Shown here: positions 34,064 through 44,320 of the stretch, in pieces
Position numbering within the stretch: position 1 is the first letter of the stretch
Layout of the letters: every line of letters starts with the position of its first letter
NCBI GenBank assembly: GCA_040218575.1
Contig: JAVJRE010000005.1
Coordinates: 113,214-177,213 of the forward strand
Source of the DNA: Alphaproteobacteria bacterium
Lineage (GTDB): Bacteria; Pseudomonadota; Alphaproteobacteria; JAVJRE01
Direction of reading: 5' to 3'
Length of the DNA: 64,000 nt
The notes under the pieces: generated by a model
What the model was told of the DNA's origin: nothing
The model's input: the letters and a program-made list of their open reading frames with translations, nothing else
Databases searched by the model: none
Translations under genes and position numbers: made by a program

Positions 34064-34900
34064 TCAGCCGGCCAACTGCCGCGACCGCTGGGTCGCCGCC
34101 GCCACCGCCCGGGTCAGCGCGTCCTGCCAGCCATCAGGTCCCATCAACACCTGCAGCGCCGCCGCCGTGGTGCCGCCGGGGCTGGTCACCGCGGCGCGCA
34201 GGTCGGCCGGCGTCTCTTCAGCCCGATACATCAGCTCTCCCGCCCCGGTGACGGTCTGCCGCGCCAGCCGGCGGGCCAGGTCCGCATCCAGGCCGGCGGC
34301 GATGCCGGCTTCGGCCAGCGCCTCCGCCAGTAGAAAAACATAGGCCGGTCCACTGCCGCTGACGGCGGTCACCGCATCCATCAGGGATTCGTCCGCCACC
34401 CAGGCGGTATCCCCCACCGCCGCCATCAGCCCCGTCGCCAGGTCACGGCCGGCCGTATCCAGCCCGGCGCCGGCGCACAGCACGGTCATGCCGCGACCTA
34501 CCGCGGCGGGCGTGTTGGGCATGGCCCGCACCAGGCGCAGCGGCGCATCGGCCGGCGCCAGAAGCGCAGTGAGACCACCCAGCGTGCGGCCGGCGGCGAT
34601 GGACAGGAACAAGGTGTCCGGCCCGACAAAGCGTCGGTAGTCAGGCACCACCGCATCCATGGTCTGTGGCTTGATCGCGAACAGGACGACCGCCGGCGGG
34701 CGGGCGTCGGGCCACGCCGACACCTCCCTGATGCGACGGACCGACAGGCGGGCAACCAGCGCCGCGGCAACCTTGTCGTCGGGTTCGATGATGCTGACCT
34801 CGGCTGGCGCCATGCCGCGGGCCAGCCAGCCAGCGGCCAGCGCCCCACCCATGCGGCCGCCACCCACCAGCAGCACGGCGCCGTCGGGCGACAAGGACAT
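34064..34900 (-). CDS. proC: pyrroline-5-carboxylate reductase
   Basis: VLLVGGGRMGGALAAGW Rossmann motif and C-terminal SPGGTTAAALQVL. Confidence 0.9.
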   Translation of the reverse strand: MSLSPDGAVLLVGGGRMGGALAAGWLARGMAPAEVSIIEPDDKVAAALVARLSVRRIREVSAWPDARPPAVVLFAIKPQTMDAVVPDYRRFVGPDTLFLSIAAGRTLGGLTALLAPADAPLRLVRAMPNTPAAVGRGMTVLCAGAGLDTAGRDLATGLMAAVGDTAWVADESLMDAVTAVSGSGPAYVFLLAEALAEAGIAAGLDADLARRLARQTVTGAGELMYRAEETPADLRAAVTSPGGTTAAALQVLMGPDGWQDALTRAVAAATQRSRQLAG

Positions 34901-34908
34901 GACCGGGT

Positions 34909-35415
34909 TCAGGCCTCGCCTACGGTCTCCAGGACAGCGGCGGCGATAGACTCCTCAGCGCCATGGCCACCCCAGATCACGTATTGAAAGGCGGGGTAGA
35001 ACCGCTCGCTGGTCGTGACGGCGATGTCCACCAGATCCTCGAGCTGTTCGACGCGCGGGCCGGACATGCCACGCAGCAGAATGGCGTGACGAAAGGCCGG
35101 CACACCATCGTCGGAATCCACCTCGAAATGGCCGAGCCAGAGTCGTTCGTTGGCCAGGGCCAGCAGGCTGTTGACCTCTGTACGGCGCGTCGCCGGCACC
35201 TTCATATCGAAGGTGCAGGCAACGTGCAGAACATGCATTTCAGCGGTCCAGGTGAAGCACAGACGATAGCCGCACCAGTCACCGGTCATCTCCGCATACA
35301 GTTCCTGCGACGTGGCGCGATCAAAGGGCCAGCCATTGGCGCTGACGATCTCTTCCACCACATCCAGGGGGTTGGCAGCGGACTCCACGAATTCCATGCC
35401 GGTCGCCATGAACAT
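34909..35415 (-). CDS. YbjN-domain protein
   Basis: WCGYRLCFTW...LHVACTFDMKVP...LLALANERLWLGHFEV pattern typical of the YbjN family. Confidence 0.6.
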   Translation of the reverse strand: MFMATGMEFVESAANPLDVVEEIVSANGWPFDRATSQELYAEMTGDWCGYRLCFTWTAEMHVLHVACTFDMKVPATRRTEVNSLLALANERLWLGHFEVDSDDGVPAFRHAILLRGMSGPRVEQLEDLVDIAVTTSERFYPAFQYVIWGGHGAEESIAAAVLETVGEA

Positions 35416-35575
35416 CCCCCACCCGTTTGGTTGTTGGCCGAACCAAACCCCAATATGTGGCGGTCACCACATCATCTGGTGTTCACGTCCGCCCCGTATA
35501 CGACCCGTAGGGTGACAGATGCGGAATCCGCTCGCAAGAGTCCATGCAGAGACCAATGCACCCCGGCCCGTCGCG

Positions 35576-35623
35576 ATTGGCCGGTGGATTGGCCGATGGA
35601 CTGGCCGATGGACTGGCCGGTGG
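35576..35623. repeat. 4 x 12-bp tandem repeat A(T/C)TGGCCG(G/A)TGG
   Basis: attggccggtgg attggccgatgg actggccgatgg actggccggtgg. Lies between the ubiK stop and the ybjN start. Confidence 0.8.
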
Positions 35624-35625
35624 CG

Positions 35626-36120
35626 TTAACCGCGCCCTGCGGTGCGTCGTCCGGCGCGCGGCGCGGTCTTTGACGCGGCCTTGCGGGTGGACTTGGCCGC
35701 CGCCGACCGACTGCCCGTTTTCGACCCGGCTTTGACCTTGGTCTTGCTTTTTCGCGCGGTCTTCCGCTTCGCCGTGGGGGCCTTTGCCGGGCTCCTCTGC
35801 GCCGTGGCCCTCTTGCCTTTGGTCACGGCCGCGCCAGCGCTGCGGGCCGGAGCCTTGCTGACCGCCATGCCGGCAGCCTTCATGGCGGCTTCCAGCGCGG
35901 CAATGCGGGCGGCCAGGGCCTCGTTCTCGGTGCGGGCGCGGGCCGCCATGTCACGGGCGGCATCGAACTCGTCACGCGGCACCAGATCAAGCTCGGTGAG
36001 GACGCGTTCTATGCGCTGGCGAATCTGTACGCTCAATTCTTCGCGCGCGCCCATGACCGTGCCCAACACGGCATTGGCCATTCGGGCCAGGTCATCCAGG
36101 ATTTTCTTCTCGCTCTGCAT
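35626..36120 (-). CDS. ubiK: UbiK/BMFP (YqiC) family accessory factor with Lys/Ala-rich histone H1-like tail
   Basis: N-terminal ~85 aa (KKILDDLARMANAVLGT...LVPRDEFDA...ALEA) matches UbiK. C-terminal ~75 aa is an AKxK-rich basic tail. Confidence 0.7.
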   Translation of the reverse strand: MQSEKKILDDLARMANAVLGTVMGAREELSVQIRQRIERVLTELDLVPRDEFDAARDMAARARTENEALAARIAALEAAMKAAGMAVSKAPARSAGAAVTKGKRATAQRSPAKAPTAKRKTARKSKTKVKAGSKTGSRSAAAKSTRKAASKTAPRAGRRTAGRG

Positions 36121-36269
36121 GGCGTTTCCCCGTCGGCCGGTGAGACCTGATTATGCCGTCGCTGCCGACCAGCAGCAACGCCGTGCCGCCGGCAGGCAAT
36201 GGAGCCTTCGCTAAAACACCGCTAGACTGGCTGGCTCCGACCCCGCCATCACCCACCGTCAGGGCAAGC

Positions 36270-37091
36270 ATGCTCGCCATCGCATTTCCGGCCATTGATC
36301 CTGTCCTGGTGGAGTTCGGCCCCTTCGCCATCCGTTGGTATGCCCTGGCCTATGTTGCGGGCCTGTTGCTGGGATGGCGCTATGCGCGCTGGATGCTGCG
36401 CGAAGCCCGTCACGCCATAACGCCCGTCCAGGTCGACGATTTCCTGATGTGGGCCCTGATCGGCGTGGTGCTGGGCGGTCGGCTCGGCTATGTCCTGTTC
36501 TATCAGCCAGGGTTCTACCTGGCCGAGCCACTGCGGATCCTGTTCGTCTGGCAAGGTGGCATGTCGTTCCATGGGGGCGCCGTCGGGGTTGTGGTGGCGC
36601 TGTGGCTGTTCGCCCGTAAACGACACATTCCCGTGCTGCCTCTGGCCGATGCCATCGCCGCCGCCGCCCCCATCGGTCTGTTCTTCGGACGCATCGCCAA
36701 TTTCGTCAATGGCGAATTGTTCGGCCGACTGAGCGATGCGCCATGGGCCGTGGTTTTTCCCGGTGGCGGACCATGGCCACGCCATCCGAGCCAGATCTAC
36801 GAGGCGCTGCTGGAAGGCGCGTTTCTGTTCGCTGTGCTCTATGTGCTTCTTCGCCACACCCCGCTGGGCCGCCGCCCGGGCGCGGTGACCGGCGTGTTTG
36901 TTGCCGGCTATGGCGTGACGCGGTTTGTCGCCGAGATGTTCCGCGAGCCGGACGCCCATATCGGCTTCCTCGCCGCTGGCGCCACCATGGGTCAGGTGCT
37001 GTCTCTGCCGATGATTGTGGGCGGCGTCGCGCTGATCGCCTGGGCCGTGCGACGGCGACAGACCCCGGCCGGCACAACCGGCCGGTCCTGA
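36270..37091 (+). CDS. lgt: prolipoprotein diacylglyceryl transferase
   Basis: GPFAIRWYALAYVAG, signature GGRLGY and FGRIANFVNGELFGR. Start ATG 36270. Confidence 0.9.
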   Translation: MLAIAFPAIDPVLVEFGPFAIRWYALAYVAGLLLGWRYARWMLREARHAITPVQVDDFLMWALIGVVLGGRLGYVLFYQPGFYLAEPLRILFVWQGGMSFHGGAVGVVVALWLFARKRHIPVLPLADAIAAAAPIGLFFGRIANFVNGELFGRLSDAPWAVVFPGGGPWPRHPSQIYEALLEGAFLFAVLYVLLRHTPLGRRPGAVTGVFVAGYGVTRFVAEMFREPDAHIGFLAAGATMGQVLSLPMIVGGVALIAWAVRRRQTPAGTTGRS

Positions 37092-38264
37092 GTGTCCGCC
37101 ACCGCGCCGCCCGTGCCGGACGACGAGCCGATCAGTAGGGCGCCGACGCCGCTTGCCGCTATCCTGGCGCGGCGCATAGCCCGCGACGGGCCCATGACCC
37201 TGGCCGACTATATGGCGGTGTGTCTGGGCCATTCCGAGTACGGCTATTACCGCCGCAACGAACCCTTCGGGGCGGCCGGCGACTTCATCACGGCGCCGGA
37301 CATAAGCCAGATGTTCGGCGAGCTGATCGGTCTTTGGTGTCTTGAGATGTGGAACCGCATGGGCCGGCCCGACCCGGTCCTGCTGGTGGAGCTGGGCCCC
37401 GGCCGCGCCACCCTGTTGGTGGACGCGTTGCGCGCCACACGCCGGGCGCGGCACTGGCACGCGGCCCTTCGTCTCCATCTGGTGGAAAGCAGCCAGTCCC
37501 TGCGGGCCCGCCAGGCTGACGCCTTGGCCGACGGGACGCCGGTCTGGCACAGCGATGTTTCCACACTGCCTGACGGGCCGATGATCCTCCTGGCCAATGA
37601 GTTCTTCGACGCCCTGCCGGTTCGCCAACTGGTCCGTCGCGACGATGGCGGGTCGGGCTGGTCGGAGATGCTGGTGGCGCTCGATGGCGCCGGCCGGCTG
37701 GTCTGTGCCCCGGCGGCGCGCGAATCCCTTCTTGCCGGCACCCTAACAGAGCGGCAGCGGGCATTGCCGGTCGGCAGTATTGTTGAGGTGCCGGTGGCCG
37801 GCAGCGCCCTGGTGGCGCATATCGCCCAGCGTCTGACCGACCCTGCTGGCGGCGGCGTAGCGCTGCTTGTCGACTACGGCTATGGCGAAGATGAACGGGA
37901 CGGCGAATCATCCGGCGCCGCCTTGGGCGCCACCTTGTCGGCCATACGCCGGCACCGTCATGAGCCGATTCTGGCCCGACCTGGCGAAGCCGATCTGTCG
38001 GCGCATGTGGATTTTTCGGCGCTGGCCCGTGCCGCCGCGGCGGCCGGCGCGCAGACCTGGGGACCACAGAGCCAGGGCCGCTTCCTCAACCAGCTCGGCA
38101 TTGAAGAGCGGGCCCGCCAACTGGCGCAGGCGGCACCGGCGCAGGTCGCGGCCACTATCGGCGCCGCGGCACGCTTGACCGCCGCCGGCCAAATGGGCGA
38201 CCTGTTCAAAGTCCTGGCAATAGCCGGACCGGGCCTGGCGGTGCCGCCCGGCTTCGACACCTGA
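37092..38264 (+). CDS. class I SAM-dependent methyltransferase, MidA/NDUFAF7 (DUF185) family
   Basis: FITAPDISQMFGELIG and LVELGPGRATL motifs. GTG start overlapping the lgt stop. Confidence 0.75.
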   Translation: MSATAPPVPDDEPISRAPTPLAAILARRIARDGPMTLADYMAVCLGHSEYGYYRRNEPFGAAGDFITAPDISQMFGELIGLWCLEMWNRMGRPDPVLLVELGPGRATLLVDALRATRRARHWHAALRLHLVESSQSLRARQADALADGTPVWHSDVSTLPDGPMILLANEFFDALPVRQLVRRDDGGSGWSEMLVALDGAGRLVCAPAARESLLAGTLTERQRALPVGSIVEVPVAGSALVAHIAQRLTDPAGGGVALLVDYGYGEDERDGESSGAALGATLSAIRRHRHEPILARPGEADLSAHVDFSALARAAAAAGAQTWGPQSQGRFLNQLGIEERARQLAQAAPAQVAATIGAAARLTAAGQMGDLFKVLAIAGPGLAVPPGFDT

Positions 38265-38287
38265 AAACACGGCAGACGGATCCAACC

Positions 38288-39079
38288 GTGAGCGAAACCG
38301 GCCCCACCCCCCTGACCGCACCGGCCCTGGCGCGCGTGGCCGGGGTGCGTCATGGCTTCTTCACGCGGCACGGCGGCGCCTCGCGCGGTCTTTATGCCTC
38401 GCTCAACTGCGGGCCGGGATCACGGGACGCGCCCGATGATGTGCAGGAGAACCGCCGCCGCGTCGCCCATAGTCTTGCCGTCGCCCCGGACCATCTTCTG
38501 ACCCTCTACCAGATACACAGCTGCGAGGTGATTAGCGTCGACCGGCCATGGCCCGCGGCCGGCCCGCCACGCGCCGACGGCCTGGTCACCCGGCAGCCCG
38601 GCCTGGCGCTGGGTGTGCTGGCCGCCGACTGCGGACCGATCCTTCTGGCGGATGGAGACGCCCGGGTCATCGGCGCCTGCCATGCCGGCTGGCGGGGCGC
38701 TCTTGGCGGCATCGCCGAAGCGACCGTCGCCGCCATGGTCCGCGCCGGCGCCCGCCACGAGCGCATTATCGCTGTGGTCGGCCCGTGCATCGGCCCTGAC
38801 AGTTACGAAGTCGGCCCGGAATTCCCCGCGCCCTTCCTCGCCCGCCAGGCCGATGCGGCGGCTTTCTTCCGCCCGGCCCGACGGGCGGGTCACTGGCTGT
38901 TCGATCTGCCGGGCTATCTCTGCCAGCGCCTGTCGGCACTCGGCCTGGCGGCGGTCAGCGCAACCGGCAACGACACCTGCGCCGACGAGCATCGGTTTTT
39001 CAGCTACCGGCGCGGCAGGCTGGCCGGCGAGCCGGACTATGGCCGCCTGCTGTCGGCCATCGCCCTCGCCGACGAATGA
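38288..39079 (+). CDS. pgeF: peptidoglycan editing factor PgeF (YfiH/DUF152, laccase-like)
   Basis: GVRHGFFTRHGGAS, QIHS..V, ADCGPILL and CHAGWRG motifs. Confidence 0.85.
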   Translation: MSETGPTPLTAPALARVAGVRHGFFTRHGGASRGLYASLNCGPGSRDAPDDVQENRRRVAHSLAVAPDHLLTLYQIHSCEVISVDRPWPAAGPPRADGLVTRQPGLALGVLAADCGPILLADGDARVIGACHAGWRGALGGIAEATVAAMVRAGARHERIIAVVGPCIGPDSYEVGPEFPAPFLARQADAAAFFRPARRAGHWLFDLPGYLCQRLSALGLAAVSATGNDTCADEHRFFSYRRGRLAGEPDYGRLLSAIALADE

Positions 39080-39951
39080 CAACCCGGCGCCGGCGACGGA
39101 CCTGGCCCTGTGGTCTGGTGATGGCGGCACTGCTGGCCGGGCTGGCGGCGTGCCAGCCCCTGCCGCAGCCCTTCGCCCATCGCTCGGCCAATCCGGCGGC
39201 AAGCAATCCGCTGCTGACAGTGGAGGACGCCGCCGGGGTTATCGTGCTGCCGGTGGAGGCGGCCCCGGACGCCCTGCGGCGGGCAGTCATCGCCGCCCTG
39301 CAGGACGCCAATATTCCGGCCGCGGCCGGTTCCGGCAACAGCCAGAGCCTGTTTCTCAGTGGTAGCGCCATGGCCGTGGCGAGTGGCGAGGGATTGGTCA
39401 CACTGCACCTGGAGTGGGACCTGCTGGCGGCTGACGGGCACACGCGGGCCGCCTTCGCCCAGGTCCAGGAGCAGCCAGCCACCGCATGGCGGCAGGGCGA
39501 CCCGTCCCTCATGCAACGGCTGGCGCAGGACGTGGTGGCAGCGTTGGACAGCGCCCTTCGGCCGGCCGAACCGACAGCGCCCACCATCCACCATATCTGG
39601 ATCGACGGCGGCGACAGTGCCAGCAGCCTGGCGCTGGCCCGGGCGCTGCGCGCCGCAGTGGCCGGCGCGCCGGCCGAGGACACCGGCCTGCGTCTGGCAG
39701 CCAACCCGTTGCAAGCCAGCCTGACCATCACGCCGCTGGCCGGCATCACGACCACCGACAGCGGGGACCTGATCACCATCGAATGGGTCGTGGTCGGTGC
39801 GAGCGGCGAGGTCGGACGCATTCGCCAGGCCAATACCGTTGCGGCCGGCCAGACGGCGGCCGTGTGGGCGGAAATTGCGCCGCTGGTGGCCAGCGCCGCG
39901 ATCACCGGCCTGGCGGATCTGGCGCGCCGCACCGCGCAATCGGATTCCTGA
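39076..39951 (+). CDS. hypothetical lipoprotein (Ala-rich)
   Basis: Signal peptide plus lipobox LAAC. ATGA overlap with pgeF. 291 aa. Confidence 0.5.
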   Translation: MTTRRRRRTWPCGLVMAALLAGLAACQPLPQPFAHRSANPAASNPLLTVEDAAGVIVLPVEAAPDALRRAVIAALQDANIPAAAGSGNSQSLFLSGSAMAVASGEGLVTLHLEWDLLAADGHTRAAFAQVQEQPATAWRQGDPSLMQRLAQDVVAALDSALRPAEPTAPTIHHIWIDGGDSASSLALARALRAAVAGAPAEDTGLRLAANPLQASLTITPLAGITTTDSGDLITIEWVVVGASGEVGRIRQANTVAAGQTAAVWAEIAPLVASAAITGLADLARRTAQSDS

Positions 39952-40080
39952 AGTATAGCGCGGAAATCCGCCATTTCTTGAGAAAAAGCCACGTTGCGGC
40001 CGGGCCAGCCTGCTGGTAAAGTCCGGCCTCCCAAAATGCTGGCGGCGGCACGGCCGCGCCGGCCCCAAGTCCGGCGCCCC

Positions 40081-41013
40081 ATGAAGATCCTGACCTGTAA
40101 CAGCAACCGGCCCCTTGCCGAGGCGATTGCGGCTTATCTCGGTGTCCCGCTGACCAAGGCAAGCGTGCGCCGGTTTTCCGACCTCGAGGTGTTTGTCGAG
40201 GTGCAGGAAAATGTGCGGGGACAGGATATGTTCACCATGCAATCCACGTCGTTCCCGGCCAACGACCATCTGATGGAGCTGTTGGTCACCATCGACGCCC
40301 TCAAGCGCGGTTCGGCGCGCCGCATCACGGCCGTCCTGCCCTATTACGGCTATGGCCGCCAGGATCGGAAAACCGGTCCGCGCACCCCCATATCCGCCAA
40401 ACTGGTGGCCAATCTGCTGACTGTTGCCGGGGCCCATCGGGTGCTGACCCTCGACCTTCATGCCGGCCAGATTCAAGGCTTTTTTGATATCCCGGTGGAC
40501 AACCTCTATGCCCAGCCAGTCTTCCTGAAAGACATCCACGACCGCCACAATGGTGACAATCTGGTCATCGTTTCGCCCGACGTCGGCGGTGTAGTGCGCG
40601 CCCGGGGCATGGCAGAACGGCTTGACGCCGACCTCGCCATCATCGACAAGCGTCGCCCGCAGGCCGGTGAAAGCCAGGTCATGAACATCATCGGTGATGT
40701 CGCGGGCCGCCGCTGTATTCTGGTGGATGATATTGTCGATTCCGCCGGCACCCTGTGCAATGCCGCCGTAGCGCTGCATAGCGCAGGCGCCACGGCGGTT
40801 TCCGCCTATATCACCCATGGCGTCCTGAGCGGGGACGCGGTAAGTCGTGTCACGGGCTCGCCCCTGGAAGAGCTGGTGATTACCGACAGCATCATGGCCT
40901 CGCCGGCGGTGCGGGATGTTTCGAAGATCCGTCAGTTGACGGTCGCCCCCCTGCTGGGCGAGGCGATCCAGCGGATCAGTGATGAGAGCTCGGTGTCGAG
41001 CCTGTTTGACTAA
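40081..41013 (+). CDS. prs: ribose-phosphate pyrophosphokinase
   Basis: MKILTCNSN start. PRPP-binding loop [10 protein letters not shown]. 310 aa. Confidence 0.95.
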   Translation: MKILTCNSNRPLAEAIAAYLGVPLTKASVRRFSDLEVFVEVQENVRGQDMFTMQSTSFPANDHLMELLVTIDALKRGSARRITAVLPYYGYGRQDRKTGPRTPISAKLVANLLTVAGAHRVLTLDLHAGQIQGFFDIPVDNLYAQPVFLKDIHDRHNGDNLVIVSPDVGGVVRARGMAERLDADLAIIDKRRPQAGESQVMNIIGDVAGRRCILVDDIVDSAGTLCNAAVALHSAGATAVSAYITHGVLSGDAVSRVTGSPLEELVITDSIMASPAVRDVSKIRQLTVAPLLGEAIQRISDESSVSSLFD

Positions 41014-41042
41014 GGCCATCGGGGCCAGAGGGAGTAAGAGGA

Positions 41043-41708
41043 ATGGCAGAACTAGTGGGTCTCGCGGCAGAGCCGCGTGAGCGCACCGGAAAGGGCGGCG
41101 CCAGAGCCGTCCGTAGAGGCGGACGCGTGCCAGCCATCGTCTATGGTGACAACAAGCTGGTAGAGAATATCTCCCTGGACTCGGTTGCGCTGTTCAAGGC
41201 GATGCATCAGCCGGGATTCTTCTCGACCCTGTTCGAGATCAGCCTGGGCGCCCAGAAGGTGCAGGTTGTGCCGCGCGATGTGCAACTTGATCCGGTCAAT
41301 GATCAGCCCATTCATGCGGATTTCCTGCGGGTCGGCGCGAACACCCGGATTACCGTCCAGGTGCCGGTCCACTTCATCAATGAAGATGAGTCCATTGGCC
41401 TGACCCGTGGTGGCGTTCTCAACATTGTCCGGCACGAGGTCGCCATTGTGGCGTCGGCCGGCAATCTGCCGCACGAGCTGGTCATAGATCTGGCCGGCCT
41501 AGACATCGGCGACAGCGTCCATATCAGCAGCGTCACCTTGCCGGAAGGCGCGCGGCCGGAGATCACCGACCGCGATTTCACCATCGCCACCATTGCCGCC
41601 CCGACCGTGATGCGCGAAGAGGCGGAAGAGGGTGAAGGCGCGGACGAGGGTGAAGACGCCGAGGACAAGACCGACGGTGACGACAAGGACTCCGAATCCG
41701 ACGACTAG
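41043..41708 (+). CDS. rplY: 50S ribosomal protein L25 / general stress protein Ctc
   Basis: L25 beta-barrel N-terminal domain plus acidic C-terminal tail. prs-rplY-pth-ychF synteny. Confidence 0.9.
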   Translation: MAELVGLAAEPRERTGKGGARAVRRGGRVPAIVYGDNKLVENISLDSVALFKAMHQPGFFSTLFEISLGAQKVQVVPRDVQLDPVNDQPIHADFLRVGANTRITVQVPVHFINEDESIGLTRGGVLNIVRHEVAIVASAGNLPHELVIDLAGLDIGDSVHISSVTLPEGARPEITDRDFTIATIAAPTVMREEAEEGEGADEGEDAEDKTDGDDKDSESDD

Positions 41709-41803
41709 CCAGCCGGCTGCGGCACCTGGCGTCCGTCGCCCGTTGGTGGCGGATACCTGCGGCGGCAACCCGACACGGTGGCCAGCGAGACAGAGAGGCC
41801 GTC

Positions 41804-42418
41804 ATGCGTCTTATCGTCGGACTGGGTAACCCCGGGCCCGAGCACGCCGGCGACCGCCACAACATCGGCTTCATGGCTGTGGACGTCATTGCCCGGCGGC
41901 ATGGCCTGGGGCCATTTCGCAAGCGCTTCGACGGAGAGACGGCGGAAGGTCGCATCGGCGACCATCGCATCCTTCTTCTCAAGCCAACAACCTACATGAA
42001 CCTGTCCGGCAACGCCGTGGTGAAGGCCCTCGCCTTCTACAGGCTGGAGGCGACAGACGTGATCGTCATTCATGACGAGCTGGACCTGCGGCCGGGCAAG
42101 GTACGGGTCAAACGCAACGGCGGCGCGGCCGGCCACAACGGACTGCGCAATATCGATTCCCACATCGGCCGCGACTATCTGCGGGTTCGCCTGGGGATCG
42201 GGCATCCGGGCGAGAGGGAGGCGGTTCTGTCATATGTGTTGCGCTCTTTCTCCCGTGCCGACCTGGACTGGCTGGCGCCGCTGCTGGACGAGGCAGCGGA
42301 CGCCCTGCCCTTGCTGCTGGACGGCGATGAGAACGCCTACATGACGCGGCTGGCCCAGAACGCGCCGCCGCCAGCGCCGCTGGCCGGCAACGGCGAGGAT
42401 CCGAACGATGGGATTTAA
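41804..42418 (+). CDS. pth: peptidyl-tRNA hydrolase
   Basis: MRLIVGLGNPG..Y..TRHNIGF and GHNGLR motifs. Confidence 0.95.
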   Translation: MRLIVGLGNPGPEHAGDRHNIGFMAVDVIARRHGLGPFRKRFDGETAEGRIGDHRILLLKPTTYMNLSGNAVVKALAFYRLEATDVIVIHDELDLRPGKVRVKRNGGAAGHNGLRNIDSHIGRDYLRVRLGIGHPGEREAVLSYVLRSFSRADLDWLAPLLDEAADALPLLLDGDENAYMTRLAQNAPPPAPLAGNGEDPNDGI

Positions 42419-43508
42419 TTGCGGCATTGTCGGGCTGCCCAATGTGGGCAAGTCAACGCTGTTCAATGCGCTGACCGAAACGGCGCGGGCGGAAGCGGCC
42501 AACTATCCCTTCTGCACGGTGGAGCCCAATACCGGCCGCGTCACCGTGCCCGAGCCGCGGCTCGAAAAAATCGCCGCTCTCGCAAAATCGGCGCGGATCG
42601 TGCCCACGTTTCTGGAGTTCGTCGATATTGCCGGACTGGTGCGTGGCGCCAGCCGCGGTGAGGGCCTCGGCAATCAGTTCCTCGGGCATATCCGCGAGGT
42701 GGATGCCATCGCTCATGTGCTGCGCTGTTTCGACGACGATAATGTCACCCATGTGGAGGGCGGCGTTGACCCGGTGCGCGATGCGGAGATCGTCAATACC
42801 GAACTGATGCTGGCCGATCTGGCCAGCCTGGAACGACGGCGCGACGGGCTCGTGCGGCGGGTGCGCAGCGGGGAGCGGGAGGCGCGTGAGGAGATGGCCA
42901 TGTGCGATGCGGCCATGGCGTTGTTGCAGGACGGCCGCCCGGCCCGCGCGCTTGATCTGGACGAGGATGGCCGCGCCGTGCTGGCCAGATTGCAGTTGGT
43001 GACCGCCAAACCGGTTCTCTATGTCTGCAATGTAGACGAGGCGTCAGCCGCCGACGGCAATGCCCTGTCGACCAGAGTCGCAGAGTATGCGGCAACGGAG
43101 GGTGCCGCCTCCGTGGTCGTCTCGGCGGCCATTGAAGCGGAGATCGCGCAGCTTGCCGACAGCGAGGAACGCGCCGCCTTCCTGGCCGAACTGGGCCTTA
43201 CGGAAACCGGACTCGCCCGGGTTGTCCGTGCCGGCTATGACCTGCTGGACCTGATTACTTTCTTTACCGCCGGCCCTAAAGAGTCCCGCGCCTGGACCAT
43301 CCACCGCGGCGCCCGCGCACCGCAAGCGGCCGGCGCCATACACAACGATTTCGAGCGCGGCTTTATCCGGGCCGAAACCATCGCCTTTGATGACTATATC
43401 GCCTGCGGTGGCGAGCAGGGCGCGCGCGATGCTGGCAAACTGCGGCAGGAAGGCAAGGACTATGTAGTGAGCGACGGCGATGTCATGCTGTTCCGCTTCA
43501 ATGTCTGA
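42408..43508 (+). CDS. ychF: redox-regulated ATPase YchF (Obg family)
   Basis: GIVGLPNVGKST G1 motif and NYPFCTVEPN. C-terminal TGS domain. 366 aa. Confidence 0.95.
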   Translation: MGFNCGIVGLPNVGKSTLFNALTETARAEAANYPFCTVEPNTGRVTVPEPRLEKIAALAKSARIVPTFLEFVDIAGLVRGASRGEGLGNQFLGHIREVDAIAHVLRCFDDDNVTHVEGGVDPVRDAEIVNTELMLADLASLERRRDGLVRRVRSGEREAREEMAMCDAAMALLQDGRPARALDLDEDGRAVLARLQLVTAKPVLYVCNVDEASAADGNALSTRVAEYAATEGAASVVVSAAIEAEIAQLADSEERAAFLAELGLTETGLARVVRAGYDLLDLITFFTAGPKESRAWTIHRGARAPQAAGAIHNDFERGFIRAETIAFDDYIACGGEQGARDAGKLRQEGKDYVVSDGDVMLFRFNV

Positions 43509-43567
43509 AGGATGGTCGGCCAGTTCTGGCCCGGCCCGTCGGGCGACAACCATGCGGGAGTCTCATC

Positions 43568-44242
43568 ATGGGTGAGTGGATCGAGCTGAAAGCGGCCGAC
43601 GGCCACACTTTTGCAGCATGGCGCGCCAAGCCAACCGGTGCGCCCAAAGGCGCGATCGTGGTGGTGCAGGAGGTCTTCGGCGTTAACAGCCATATCCGCG
43701 AAGTGGCGGACGGCTTTGCCGCCGACGGTTATCTGGCCATAGCACCCGCCCTGTTCGACCGGGCCGAGCGCGGCGTCGAGCTTGGCTATGACGGTGCCGA
43801 CATGGACAAGGCGCGCAGCCTGATGCGAGCGGTGCCGACTGACCAGGCCCTGGCCGACACTCAGGCCGCCGTCAACGAAGCGGCGGCCGGCGGCAAAGTG
43901 GGCGTTGTCGGCTATTGCTGGGGTGGAACGCTTGCCTGGCTGGCGGCGACCCGCCTGTCAGGGGTGGCTGCGGCGGTCGGCTACTACGGTGGCGGGGTCG
44001 CCGATGCCAGAGACGAACAGCCCGGCTGCCCGGTCATGCTGCATTTCGGCGCTCTGGACAGCGGCATCCCGCTGGAGGGCGTCCGTCAGGTCGCCGCCGC
44101 CCATCCGCACGTGCCGGTCCATATTTACGACAAAGCCGGCCACGGCTTCGGTTGTGACCACCGGGCCAGCTATCATGCGGAGTCGGCGGCGTTGGCCCGC
44201 CAGCGCACGGTCGCGTTTTTCGACGAGACGCTCTCCGTCTAA
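43568..44242 (+). CDS. dienelactone hydrolase family protein
   Basis: GYCWGG nucleophile elbow and a His near the C-terminus. 224 aa. Confidence 0.75.
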   Translation: MGEWIELKAADGHTFAAWRAKPTGAPKGAIVVVQEVFGVNSHIREVADGFAADGYLAIAPALFDRAERGVELGYDGADMDKARSLMRAVPTDQALADTQAAVNEAAAGGKVGVVGYCWGGTLAWLAATRLSGVAAAVGYYGGGVADARDEQPGCPVMLHFGALDSGIPLEGVRQVAAAHPHVPVHIYDKAGHGFGCDHRASYHAESAALARQRTVAFFDETLSV

Positions 44243-44320
44243 GCTCGCCATGGGCCTGGGCGCGCTATGGGACCGGGCCACACAGGCGGCCCGCCTCATA
44301 TGCAGGTTGCAGCCGGGCCG

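Noticed and set aside
35576-35623. CRISPR array
   Set aside because: The 12-bp units are contiguous with no spacers and there are no cas genes, so this is a simple tandem repeat.
36249-37628. 459-aa minus-strand ORF
   Set aside because: Antisense to lgt/MidA with no recognisable motifs.
39037-41019. 660-aa minus-strand ORF
   Set aside because: Antisense to prs with no recognisable motifs.
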